Shown piece by piece: positions 7,524-15,634 of a stretch of 64,000 bases of DNA. Under the pieces are notes generated by a model that saw only the letters and a program-made list of their open reading frames with translations, ran no database searches and had not been told where the DNA came from. The DNA comes from a virus (Duplodnaviria > Caudoviricetes). Both the position numbers and the translations under genes were made by a program. Where the stretch lies: IMG/VR virus record IMGVR_UViG_3300037400_001617, one strand, 5' to 3'. How positions within the stretch are numbered: the stretch's first letter is position 1; every line of letters begins with the position of its first letter.

Positions 7524-8318
7524 TTACTTCACATCATCCCAGAGTTCTATCATACCAGATACTCCGTTAATGTCGTATTTTCCATACCTCATTATATCGA
7601 GTACTCCTGTAGCAGCATTGATAAGAGAAATGTTTGATTCTTCCTCTATCTTTGTTTTGATACATTTCTCGAAAATCTTAATGTCGTTCATTTCTATGCA
7701 AGGAAAGTTTGGTGCCTTACATATAGCAGAAACGAATTCATTATTGCCTGTACTTATTGGTTCTTTATACTTCACGCTATCAAGAAGAGCATTGATCATA
7801 CTTACGATCTCATGATCTTCCAGCTGATCGAAAACTCTTTTCAGTATTCCCATATATACAAGATCCACTGGAACCCATTCGCCATCTGGACGAACAAAGC
7901 TTACAGATGGTAGAGATAAATCGTTATAGACATATCTCAACATGAAGTACAGCTTGTTCTTCTTTGTTTTAGTGATAATGTCGAGAGACATATCTTTCAG
8001 CTCTATCTTCAGCTTATATGCTATTGTAAGGATCTGGCCTAAGATGCGGTCTCTGATGTTTCCCTCTCTAAGGTCTTTACACACATAGTCGTTGAAGTCC
8101 TTATAGGGTTCACCATCTTCTGTAGCGCAATCTTTTGCGTTGTTGTACAGTTCCCATATCTCTTCACAACTAGCCTTCAGATCGGGACGATCTTCGAGAA
8201 AGCCCTCGAGATTTTCCATTACTACCTTGAAGTTGAATCCAGAAGGGATATCCTTGTAGATTTCCTCCTGAAGGCTGACAAGCTGCTGTTTAACTTTCTT
8301 CTTCATAATATCATCCAT
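7524..8318 (-). CDS. Hypothetical protein
   Basis: Start MDDIMKK at 8318 with AAGGAGG RBS, coupled to upstream gene. Confidence 0.75.
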   Translation of the reverse strand: MDDIMKKKVKQQLVSLQEEIYKDIPSGFNFKVVMENLEGFLEDRPDLKASCEEIWELYNNAKDCATEDGEPYKDFNDYVCKDLREGNIRDRILGQILTIAYKLKIELKDMSLDIITKTKKNKLYFMLRYVYNDLSLPSVSFVRPDGEWVPVDLVYMGILKRVFDQLEDHEIVSMINALLDSVKYKEPISTGNNEFVSAICKAPNFPCIEMNDIKIFEKCIKTKIEEESNISLINAATGVLDIMRYGKYDINGVSGMIELWDDVK

Positions 8319-8700
8319 TGTTAGTTTCCTCCTTATTATACTCGAAGATTCGTGTTGTTTCAAATAAGCCAACTTCGTCGAAGAAGTCTTTACACATCTC
8401 ATCGACAGCTTTGGCTTCATCGGACCCATCGGTCCATGTGTCAAGTGCATTCAGAAGTGCCATACCAGGTACAGCTTCTTCACACTCGTCGTTCAGTTCG
8501 CAGAGAAGTATATAGCCCATAGAGTAATCATACTTCCCTCCAATGTTTCGTTTGTTCTTGTCATGTTCGTTGTAGGCTTTGTTGGCACCGCACATCACAG
8601 TCGCCCATAGATTGACTCTTCTATCGAAGTCGACATTCTTGTCTCTGATAGCGGTCACTATAGCATCTATGAAGTGAACTGTTACCTTATTCATGATCAT
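8311..8700 (-). CDS. Hypothetical early protein
   Basis: AAAGGAGG RBS before ATG 8700. Confidence 0.75.
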   Translation of the reverse strand: MIMNKVTVHFIDAIVTAIRDKNVDFDRRVNLWATVMCGANKAYNEHDKNKRNIGGKYDYSMGYILLCELNDECEEAVPGMALLNALDTWTDGSDEAKAVDEMCKDFFDEVGLFETTRIFEYNKEETNNG

Positions 8701-8743
8701 AAGTCTACCTCCTTTAATAGATTTTGTTGTATACCCTTGGGTG

Positions 8744-8786
8744 TACATCACTATAATATGTAACTAGATTATATATTATCTTGTCG
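8744..8786. promoter_or_regulatory. Divergent promoter cluster: TACA-TCACTA-TA (+, 8744-8755), early-type TACATATTATAGTGATG (-, 8746-8762), early-type TATATATTATCTTGTCG (+, 8770-8786)
   Basis: Motif matches between divergent genes. Confidence 0.55.
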
Positions 8787-8826
8787 AGACTGAGAAGTCT
8801 TAATATTTTAGGAAGGAGGCATTTGT

Positions 8827-9384
8827 ATGCTGACAGGATCCGCAATTATACAGGCGATCAAGACTAAGAAGATACAGATAACGCCATTCGACATATCATG
8901 TATCAACCCCAACAGTTACAATGTTCATCTCTCAAACTCTATCAAGATATACCAGGAGCATAGGGTTTTGGATACAAGAGGGAAGAACAAACCTGACTAC
9001 GAGAGAACCATACCAGAAGAAGGTTTCATACTGTATCCTGGTAAGCTCTATATTGGCTCTATAGTAGAAAGAGTCAAGAGCAACTTCTATATATCTGCAA
9101 TCGACGGAAGATCTTCTATAGGAAGACTTGGTCTGCAGATACATGCTACAGCAGGCTTCGGAGATATAGGTTTCGACGGACACTATACTCTGGAAATGAT
9201 AGCTACAATTCCAGTAAGAGTATATCCCAATGACCTTATAGGCCAGCTGTATTTCGAAGAACCAGATGGTGATGTAGACTTCCTCTACAATGGAAGATAC
9301 CAACACCAAGTAGACCCTACTTGCAGTAGGATCGAAATCGATAGCCGTACAATCAAAGGCTATCACTATGTAGAACAAAAATAA
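8827..9384 (+). CDS. dcd: dCTP deaminase (trimeric dUTPase fold)
   Basis: INPNSYNVHL; GRSSIGRLGL; AGFGDIGFDGHYTLE; IGQLYF; YNGRYQ. Confidence 0.92.
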   Translation: MLTGSAIIQAIKTKKIQITPFDISCINPNSYNVHLSNSIKIYQEHRVLDTRGKNKPDYERTIPEEGFILYPGKLYIGSIVERVKSNFYISAIDGRSSIGRLGLQIHATAGFGDIGFDGHYTLEMIATIPVRVYPNDLIGQLYFEEPDGDVDFLYNGRYQHQVDPTCSRIEIDSRTIKGYHYVEQK

Positions 9385-9399
9385 CAGGAGATGTTTATC

Positions 9400-10125
9400 A
9401 TGAGTAAAGAGAAGAAGAAACTGGTAGGTACCTATTGGTACAACAAGCTTAACGATGAGGAGTATGAACTCTATCGCCACATCGATTATATCTATGGCGA
9501 TAAGCCAGTATATGAGAATGTGGAAACTCATAAAATAACACTCAGTATACCTGAGACATGTATAGAACTCGTACCGATCATGACACTTTCGATAGATAAG
9601 GTTATGGGTGAGTATTACTTTGTCTACAGGCATGACGACGGTAAGCTCGTAAGAGCCTACAACGCATGGAGCATCAAAAGATCCATCCACATCAAAAACG
9701 AGATCAAAGCTATCGAAAACAGAGAAAACTATGTCTTTGCTCTCTACGTGAACGATGATTTTGATACTCTTAAGAAACTCGGTATCAGCAATGATGTTGT
9801 TCTCTACAACATCTTATCACTGTTTCACATCGAAACAGGCATTGTCGAAACTCAGCATTGTAATCTCATAACAGATAAATATGAAGCTGAGCAGTTCATA
9901 GAAGAGTTTGAGAATCAGTTCGATATCGAACTGATCGGTTATAAGCTCTTTGAATACGACTTCTCTGTTAATCTCTCCAAGATAACTCAGGAGTACCAGG
10001 TGATTATAGATAAGGATAATCACTTCTATATCATCACCTATACAAGCAAGAGTAGAGAGATAGATCCAGATGATAAAGCATCTAAGGAGATATCAGACTT
10101 CATGGATAGCCTTATTAAAAGGTGA
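9400..10125 (+). CDS. Hypothetical protein
   Basis: ORF in operon with dcd; AGGAG RBS spacing favours ATG 9400. Confidence 0.75.
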   Translation: MSKEKKKLVGTYWYNKLNDEEYELYRHIDYIYGDKPVYENVETHKITLSIPETCIELVPIMTLSIDKVMGEYYFVYRHDDGKLVRAYNAWSIKRSIHIKNEIKAIENRENYVFALYVNDDFDTLKKLGISNDVVLYNILSLFHIETGIVETQHCNLITDKYEAEQFIEEFENQFDIELIGYKLFEYDFSVNLSKITQEYQVIIDKDNHFYIITYTSKSREIDPDDKASKEISDFMDSLIKR

Positions 10126-10131
10126 TTCAAA

Positions 10132-10148
10132 TGTATATAATAGGGGTG
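10132..10148 (+). promoter_or_regulatory. Early-type promoter TGTATATAAT-AGGG-GTG
   Basis: Motif match followed by 5' hairpin. Confidence 0.65.
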
Positions 10149-10213
10149 TCCTTGGGTAGCTTCTTACCATAAGGATAACTTTACTATAAATTCAATCAAA
10201 GGAGGAACATACC

Positions 10214-11236
10214 ATGAGTATGGAATCAATGAAATCAAAGGTCCTTGACGAAATCTTCAAGGACAACATCATCGCAGATCCCACAGCTGCAACAGACAAG
10301 GAGGAATCTGCTACCACTACTACAGTAGATACATCATCTTCTACAACTACAAAGGACGCTGACGTAACTACTGAAAAGAAGATCGGAAAGTCAAAGATCA
10401 AGTGGACAGGAGATTACAAGCCGATCCCTGTTCAGTATGCTGTTCCCGTAAACAGCAACACTGTGCTCAAGGAAACATCTGAGTTCCTGAGAGCAATCTT
10501 TGGAGATTTTGAGGGCTGTGCCTGCGAATGGCATGAGAACATCAACTCCAACAATCAGCAGGGCACATTCAGTGTAACTGCTAGATTCATTTACACACAG
10601 AAGATCGAAGAGGACAAGTACAGAGCTGTACAGTCCAAGCTTGGCTCTGCTAAGGAGTCAGCAGCATCAGATGCTCTCAGCATTTACAATGCTATAAAGT
10701 TCGGCAAAGCTGCTAAGAACAGTGAGGTGTTCATCACTGATAACCTCAAGGAAGTGCTCAAGGACTATGTTCCTGATTGCGTCGGCATTGTGGGTCAGAA
10801 TGGCTCGATCACTGTTAAGCAGATCAAGAACAACAAGGGCCAGGTAAACTGGGATCTTGTTACAACTGTGAATGTTGTAAATCATCCGTACAACTACAAT
10901 CAGAAGATCTACGAGGTACTTGTTACACTCGATGGTCTGAAGCTGTACGAGGAAATTCTCAAACACGGTGCAGATGCAATCATCGAAAACTGGCACAAAA
11001 ATGAGGATGGTGTTTGGGTCCGTAAGACCAAGTATGATGGCTGGACTGTTCAGCTCATCAGAGAATGGCAGGGCGAACTCAAAACTGACCTTTACGATAA
11101 CGGCGATTATCAGAATATCAATGTTATCAGAATGAAGGCAATCCTTCAGAACAACCCTGCAGCAAAGAATGTCAATAACGTAATGAACCAGGGTATAATC
11201 GTTACTAACATTCCGATGCAGAGAAAGTTCATCTAA
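10214..11236 (+). CDS. Hypothetical protein, probably highly expressed
   Basis: AAAGGAGG RBS; codons skewed to AAC/ATC/AAG; T/S-rich N-terminal linker. Confidence 0.8.
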   Translation: MSMESMKSKVLDEIFKDNIIADPTAATDKEESATTTTVDTSSSTTTKDADVTTEKKIGKSKIKWTGDYKPIPVQYAVPVNSNTVLKETSEFLRAIFGDFEGCACEWHENINSNNQQGTFSVTARFIYTQKIEEDKYRAVQSKLGSAKESAASDALSIYNAIKFGKAAKNSEVFITDNLKEVLKDYVPDCVGIVGQNGSITVKQIKNNKGQVNWDLVTTVNVVNHPYNYNQKIYEVLVTLDGLKLYEEILKHGADAIIENWHKNEDGVWVRKTKYDGWTVQLIREWQGELKTDLYDNGDYQNINVIRMKAILQNNPAAKNVNNVMNQGIIVTNIPMQRKFI

Positions 11237-11251
11237 GCAAACAAACATAAG

Positions 11252-11283
11252 AGTGGCGGAGTTTAACTCCGCCACTATTTTTT
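11252..11283 (+). terminator. Intrinsic terminator
   Basis: AGTGGCGGAG/CTCCGCCACT + T tract. Confidence 0.85.
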
Positions 11284-11300
11284 ATGAAAGGAAGATTGTT

Positions 11301-11699
11301 ATGACCGAAACTACAGGTACTAGAATCACTTTCAGCCTAACAGGTATTGATGAAGTGATTGAAGAAAAAGAGAACCAGTTTACGGCTCTCAGAGAAGTCG
11401 AATGGGGAGATAGACCTTCTAGTCTTGAAATCCGTAGATGGAGAAAGATGCCGAATGGTGATGAATTCCCCCTTAAGGGTATGACCTTCATGACACCAGA
11501 AGGTCCGAACAATCTCGCTGAAACTCTTGTTGCGGTTGGATTCGGAAATACGAAAGACATTCTTGCAAGCCTTAAAGATCGTGATAACTTCAGAAAGTGT
11601 CTCAACACTGTTCTTGGTAAGGAAGATGAGAACTATGATAAGAGTGCTGGTGAAGAGTATGACGATTACTATGATCCGTCAGAGTTAATGAAACTTTGA
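11301..11699 (+). CDS. PC4/YdbC-like single-stranded DNA-binding protein
   Basis: LREVEWG...LEIRRW...KGMTF pattern of the PC4 fold; acidic C-terminal tail. Confidence 0.65.
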   Translation: MTETTGTRITFSLTGIDEVIEEKENQFTALREVEWGDRPSSLEIRRWRKMPNGDEFPLKGMTFMTPEGPNNLAETLVAVGFGNTKDILASLKDRDNFRKCLNTVLGKEDENYDKSAGEEYDDYYDPSELMKL

Positions 11700-11753
11700 T
11701 CGAAACGAACAAGTGGGGAGCTAGTAATAACTCCCCACAAAGGAGGTTATAAT

Positions 11754-12050
11754 ATGAAAACAGATGACTTCAGTATCACTTCTATAGTAGACGATGTTCA
11801 TAAGAAGTTTGAAGAAGATGACGTTTACATAGAGAAGTGTAATGAAACTTCATGTATCAATTACGATTCAAGAGGATTCTGTAGATATGAATCGTGTATA
11901 CGTAAAAGTGGCATACTTCCCAAACAGCACGATAAGTTCATGCACCAGTGTGCGATATGTGGAAACGAAAGAGACTTTACCAACCTTCGTGGAGACATAT
12001 GCTCAGACTGTATCGAACATATCGCCAACAAACTCCTCCAGGAGGGATGA
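11754..12050 (+). CDS. Small Cys-rich (Zn-finger) protein
   Basis: CxxxxC...CxxxxC and CAIC...CSDC; AAGGAGG RBS. Confidence 0.7.
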   Translation: MKTDDFSITSIVDDVHKKFEEDDVYIEKCNETSCINYDSRGFCRYESCIRKSGILPKQHDKFMHQCAICGNERDFTNLRGDICSDCIEHIANKLLQEG

Positions 12051-13135
12051 ACATGTATTTTGTACCAGCCAAGAAAAGTTTTAACTCAGAGTATATCCCT
12101 GTACAGGCTATACTCTACTCTTACTATATCAAGTATGATAATCTGAGGGAGCTCACTAGTGAGGCTTTCTCAGGATCGGATTCAGATAATCTGATAGTGT
12201 ATATAGACTGCTATGATATTATCAAGTCTATATATAACAGATCACTGTTAGGACCTGATGGACTCTTTGAGACTTCATCCAATATCCTTACATCAGCTTT
12301 ATTGAATCTGGCTGCTCACCTTAGAGCATTCTATTGGAGCGGCTATCATGTAAGAACAGAGTTCTACCTTGTGTTCAGTGAACAGCCTCAGGGGGTTAGT
12401 CTTAACCACTACTGTCATAATGAACACCTTGATAGAATCATCGACATCAATCTTAAGATGCTGCGAACACTCTGTCCTTATATTCCAGGTATCTATCTTA
12501 TGGAAAGAACTTGGGATTCTTCTATCGTAACAATGACTGACATCAAGCAGCATAGAGATGCAGGGATTAACACCCCTGCGATAATCATATCTAAAAACGA
12601 TATGATGTGGCAAATTCCTTGCCAATATGAAAATGTGGCTGTCTTCAGACCACGTAAAACGTCATCTGGGGACACGTCATTTTGCGTAGACAAACGCAAT
12701 GTCGTTTTCGTGTACAGAACACAGAGAAGGCATATGAAAACGACGCTAGAGGCATTTTTGAATCCTGGACTGTTACCACTTTATATAGCGATGACTAGTT
12801 ACAGTGAATTAGATCTGCCTATATACTTCAAAACTTCCAAAGCAATCTCAATGATCAATGGCATGATCGGAGACAATAGAATCCTTAATGGATACAACTC
12901 TCCAGATGCTATAGAAGGTATACTGAAAGAGATTAGCATTAAGGGAGGACAGATGAACTTGTATGAGAGATACAAGATAGTAGATCTCTTCTACAAGGCA
13001 AATATCTATCAAACAAAGCCAGAGTCTTCAGTACTGTTAAAGACTCAGTTATCAGACATAGCAGGTGTAGAGAGTATCAACAACGAGTACTTTACTCGGA
13101 ATCCGATTGATATCATACACTTGTTCTATGCGTAA
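12047..13135 (+). CDS. Putative 5'-3' nuclease (PIN/FEN/T4 RNase H-like, divergent)
   Basis: LIVYID at first strand; FYLVFS; IIISKND..WQ; function inferred with low certainty. Confidence 0.5.
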   Translation: MNMYFVPAKKSFNSEYIPVQAILYSYYIKYDNLRELTSEAFSGSDSDNLIVYIDCYDIIKSIYNRSLLGPDGLFETSSNILTSALLNLAAHLRAFYWSGYHVRTEFYLVFSEQPQGVSLNHYCHNEHLDRIIDINLKMLRTLCPYIPGIYLMERTWDSSIVTMTDIKQHRDAGINTPAIIISKNDMMWQIPCQYENVAVFRPRKTSSGDTSFCVDKRNVVFVYRTQRRHMKTTLEAFLNPGLLPLYIAMTSYSELDLPIYFKTSKAISMINGMIGDNRILNGYNSPDAIEGILKEISIKGGQMNLYERYKIVDLFYKANIYQTKPESSVLLKTQLSDIAGVESINNEYFTRNPIDIIHLFYA

Positions 13136-13148
13136 GGAGGAATAGTTT

Positions 13149-13664
13149 ATGAATATCTTTAATGAAGATAAAAAAGACAACTTTGTAAGTACGATTGATA
13201 TCGAAACTGTGAACAATCTGGATGATAAGAGAATGAGGGATATGATCGATAAGTTTAAGGGGTACTATTTTAATGTGGTTAAGTACCACATTAAGGAGCA
13301 CTATGGTATGGCTACTCTAATGCTTTACTGTAACAATGCTCCTAGTGATGATGAGTATGACGGAAGTACTCTTCATGTAGTCTTCTGTGTAGACCCTACA
13401 TGCGAGCAGCTTGCTAAGCCTATGATAGAGGGAATGTATAAACGTTTCATCAGAATCGCACATGAAAGTGTAGAAGGAAACATGTTCCCTGTGTTCTCAA
13501 TCGGTGAGAACACGTTCGTCGAAGCTCTCAGTAATAGTGAAGAGAATAAAGGGCTAAATAGTCAGTTCTCCTTTGGTCATCAGCATCCGCTTCTTGATGT
13601 GATTGAGCGTATCTGGGAAGAGGAAGAGAATGACGATGACAGAGAGGAGGGTAAGATCATATGA
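13149..13664 (+). CDS. Hypothetical protein
   Basis: AAGGAGG RBS. Confidence 0.75.
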   Translation: MNIFNEDKKDNFVSTIDIETVNNLDDKRMRDMIDKFKGYYFNVVKYHIKEHYGMATLMLYCNNAPSDDEYDGSTLHVVFCVDPTCEQLAKPMIEGMYKRFIRIAHESVEGNMFPVFSIGENTFVEALSNSEENKGLNSQFSFGHQHPLLDVIERIWEEEENDDDREEGKII

Positions 13665-13906
13665 CTCATGATGTTATTCTTAGAGTCATTAAGACTCTAC
13701 TCTTTGTGGTTGCTGGATCATGTATCTATATAGGGATGGATAACATGAAGAAAGCATTTCAGTGTAAGAAGAATGCTATGAGTGAGAAGGAAAGACTTCA
13801 CGGATGGAGAATACTTATCATTATCTCTATATCATTCTTCATAGCAGCATTCCTGCTGATAGCGTTGGGGTATTATGTATATACAAGAATTGCTGGGACA
13901 GGTTAA
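13661..13906 (+). CDS. Small two-transmembrane-helix membrane protein
   Basis: Two hydrophobic segments separated by a basic loop; ATGA overlap with previous gene. Confidence 0.7.
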   Translation: MTHDVILRVIKTLLFVVAGSCIYIGMDNMKKAFQCKKNAMSEKERLHGWRILIIISISFFIAAFLLIALGYYVYTRIAGTG

Positions 13907-13958
13907 TCCTGTCTCGGCACTCTTGTGCCCTCTCACGCTTTGTTTTTTCTTATCCGTG

Positions 13959-13970
13959 TACATCTTAATA
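13959..13970 (+). promoter_or_regulatory. Late-type promoter variant TACA-TCTTAA-TA
   Basis: After a terminator, before the RBS of ORF 13991. Confidence 0.55.
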
Positions 13971-13990
13971 AGTATGAAAGGAGTGATCTC

Positions 13991-15181
13991 ATGGCACTTG
14001 AATCGTATAGATACAAGATATCCCTTAGCTATATTCACTATGGATATGAGATAGCTATAGATCCGCAACAGATACAATACGTTGGTATAGATAGATCTTT
14101 CGATAGCAACAACATGCCAGTCATTGCAGTAAGTTGTAACATTGAAAGAGATATACTCGACATGATGATTCAGAATGCAAATGATAACATCGTGGAGTTG
14201 GGTATCTTTAGATACGATGCTTCTAACCAGAATGATAATATCACAAAGAAGTACATCTATGATAGATTCATCTACTTCTTGGGCGATGACATTTCCCAGA
14301 CTGCAGAACTCGACTATGGTAACGGACAGCAGCACACTAAGGAGAGGTATAAGGAAGTTACCATGTGGCTTATTCAGCAGGATGCTGTAAACAACAACCG
14401 TAAGGTTATCAATGGTATCTTTAAGAATGCAACTACCAACTCCCTGATTCTTCAGATAACTAACTACGTAGGAAACACTGTACTCGAACCAGTAGATTAC
14501 GACAACAAGTATGAACAGATTATCATACCTCCCACTAACAGCATATCTCAGTATATAGCTTTCCTCAATAACAACTTGTCAGTATTCTATGATACTGGGT
14601 ATAGATTCTTCATAGACTTTGATATGACGTATATAATGTCTAGTAGTGGCAAACCAGTACAGACAAAGAACCAGAACATCTTCACGGTTGAGATCAACGT
14701 GACGAATATCATCCCTGATGAAGACTCTGAGTCTGGTATGATAGTAGACAAAAGGAACGGTAAGTATATCGTGAACGTGCCTCTGGCGAACGTTAACTTC
14801 ACAAAAAATAATATAACTAACAAGATGGTGAACAAGATCACTACTATAGATAGTAGTGGTAATGTCGAAGAGAAGACTATAGAGGGTAATGATACTAGAG
14901 TAACTACTATGATGAACAAGATAGTGAATCTGAGTAATAATGACCAGAACGCTATCAATAACATTGCGGCAGACTACGAGCTGAACAATGTCTTCCTTAG
15001 TATTACTAAGAACGACCTTGATGCTAGTATCTTCACTATGAACAAGGAATACATTATCACTATGGATGAAGACCATGAAGAGTATAGTGGCAGATATCTC
15101 CTAAGTGCAGTAAAGCAGTTCTTTGTAAAGCAGAATGATTACTGCGTAATGACAACGATACTGATGTTTAAGAAGATCTAA
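13991..15181 (+). CDS. Probable virion structural protein (baseplate-hub-like, beta-rich)
   Basis: Late-type promoter; beta-rich; C-terminal GRYLLSAVKQFF resembles hub-protein C-termini (inference). Confidence 0.5.
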   Translation: MALESYRYKISLSYIHYGYEIAIDPQQIQYVGIDRSFDSNNMPVIAVSCNIERDILDMMIQNANDNIVELGIFRYDASNQNDNITKKYIYDRFIYFLGDDISQTAELDYGNGQQHTKERYKEVTMWLIQQDAVNNNRKVINGIFKNATTNSLILQITNYVGNTVLEPVDYDNKYEQIIIPPTNSISQYIAFLNNNLSVFYDTGYRFFIDFDMTYIMSSSGKPVQTKNQNIFTVEINVTNIIPDEDSESGMIVDKRNGKYIVNVPLANVNFTKNNITNKMVNKITTIDSSGNVEEKTIEGNDTRVTTMMNKIVNLSNNDQNAINNIAADYELNNVFLSITKNDLDASIFTMNKEYIITMDEDHEEYSGRYLLSAVKQFFVKQNDYCVMTTILMFKKI

Positions 15182-15182
15182 G

Positions 15183-15213
15183 AAAAAATAAGGATGACCG
15201 TCATCATCCCTAT
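15183..15213 (-). terminator. Intrinsic terminator ATAGGGATGA-tgacgg-TCATCCTTAT-TTTTT
   Basis: T tract is on the minus strand, so it terminates a leftward transcript. Confidence 0.7.
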
Positions 15214-15560
15214 TCTCGCTGGGTTGCGATCCCAACTTGGCTAACGTTATCCTATACCGCGCCCATTCTTATTATTCCGCTACCTTGCTCTCTCCGACTA
15301 TAGGTGTCAGATTAAACACATTCATTGGGTAGCGTACTCCCTTTCCAGCTATTCTCGTATCTAACCTTTGTCTTTTTGGCCTCCATTTTACAGATCCATC
15401 ATCTATGTGATATGGTTACTGTCGTTTTTAGACTAAAGGTGTTGTATACAAGACAGTCTCCTCAGCTATCAGACCCTTAGCGGTTACTGTGACTTCTGTT
15501 GAAGTTTAGCTCCGCTAATGGGTGGAGACATATGGAATGAACCTTTCCACTCGCTGTCAC
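15183..15560 (-). ncRNA. Candidate large structured ncRNA (~370 nt)
   Basis: Early-type promoter 15558-15574; terminator 15183-15213; multiple nested helices; no long ORF. Confidence 0.6.
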
Positions 15561-15595
15561 TATAATGATATACAACTATTCGACTCTACTTTTAC
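15558..15595 (-). promoter_or_regulatory. Early-type promoter GTAAAAGTAG-N11-TGTATATCAT-TATA-GTG
   Basis: Twin of 7434-7471. Confidence 0.75.
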
Positions 15596-15604
15596 GAAAG
15601 ATAA

Positions 15605-15627
15605 CGGAGAGGGAAGTTCCCTCTCCG
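15605..15627 (-). terminator. Hairpin after the head-protein operon
   Basis: CGGAGAGGGAA/TTCCCTCTCCG. Confidence 0.75.
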
Positions 15628-15634
15628 AAAAGTT

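Noticed and set aside
10214-11236. Phage nucleus shell (chimallin) or tubulin
   Set aside because: Too short for chimallin and no tubulin GGGTGSG motif
13661-13906. Holin call for the two-TM protein
   Set aside because: No adjacent endolysin or lysis context; kept as generic membrane protein
15183-15560. tmRNA, RNase P, SRP, tRNA or intron identity for the large RNA
   Set aside because: No GGGG...TCCACCA ends, no GAGGAAAGTCC, no SRP domain IV motif, no T-loop GTTCGA, and it does not interrupt a gene
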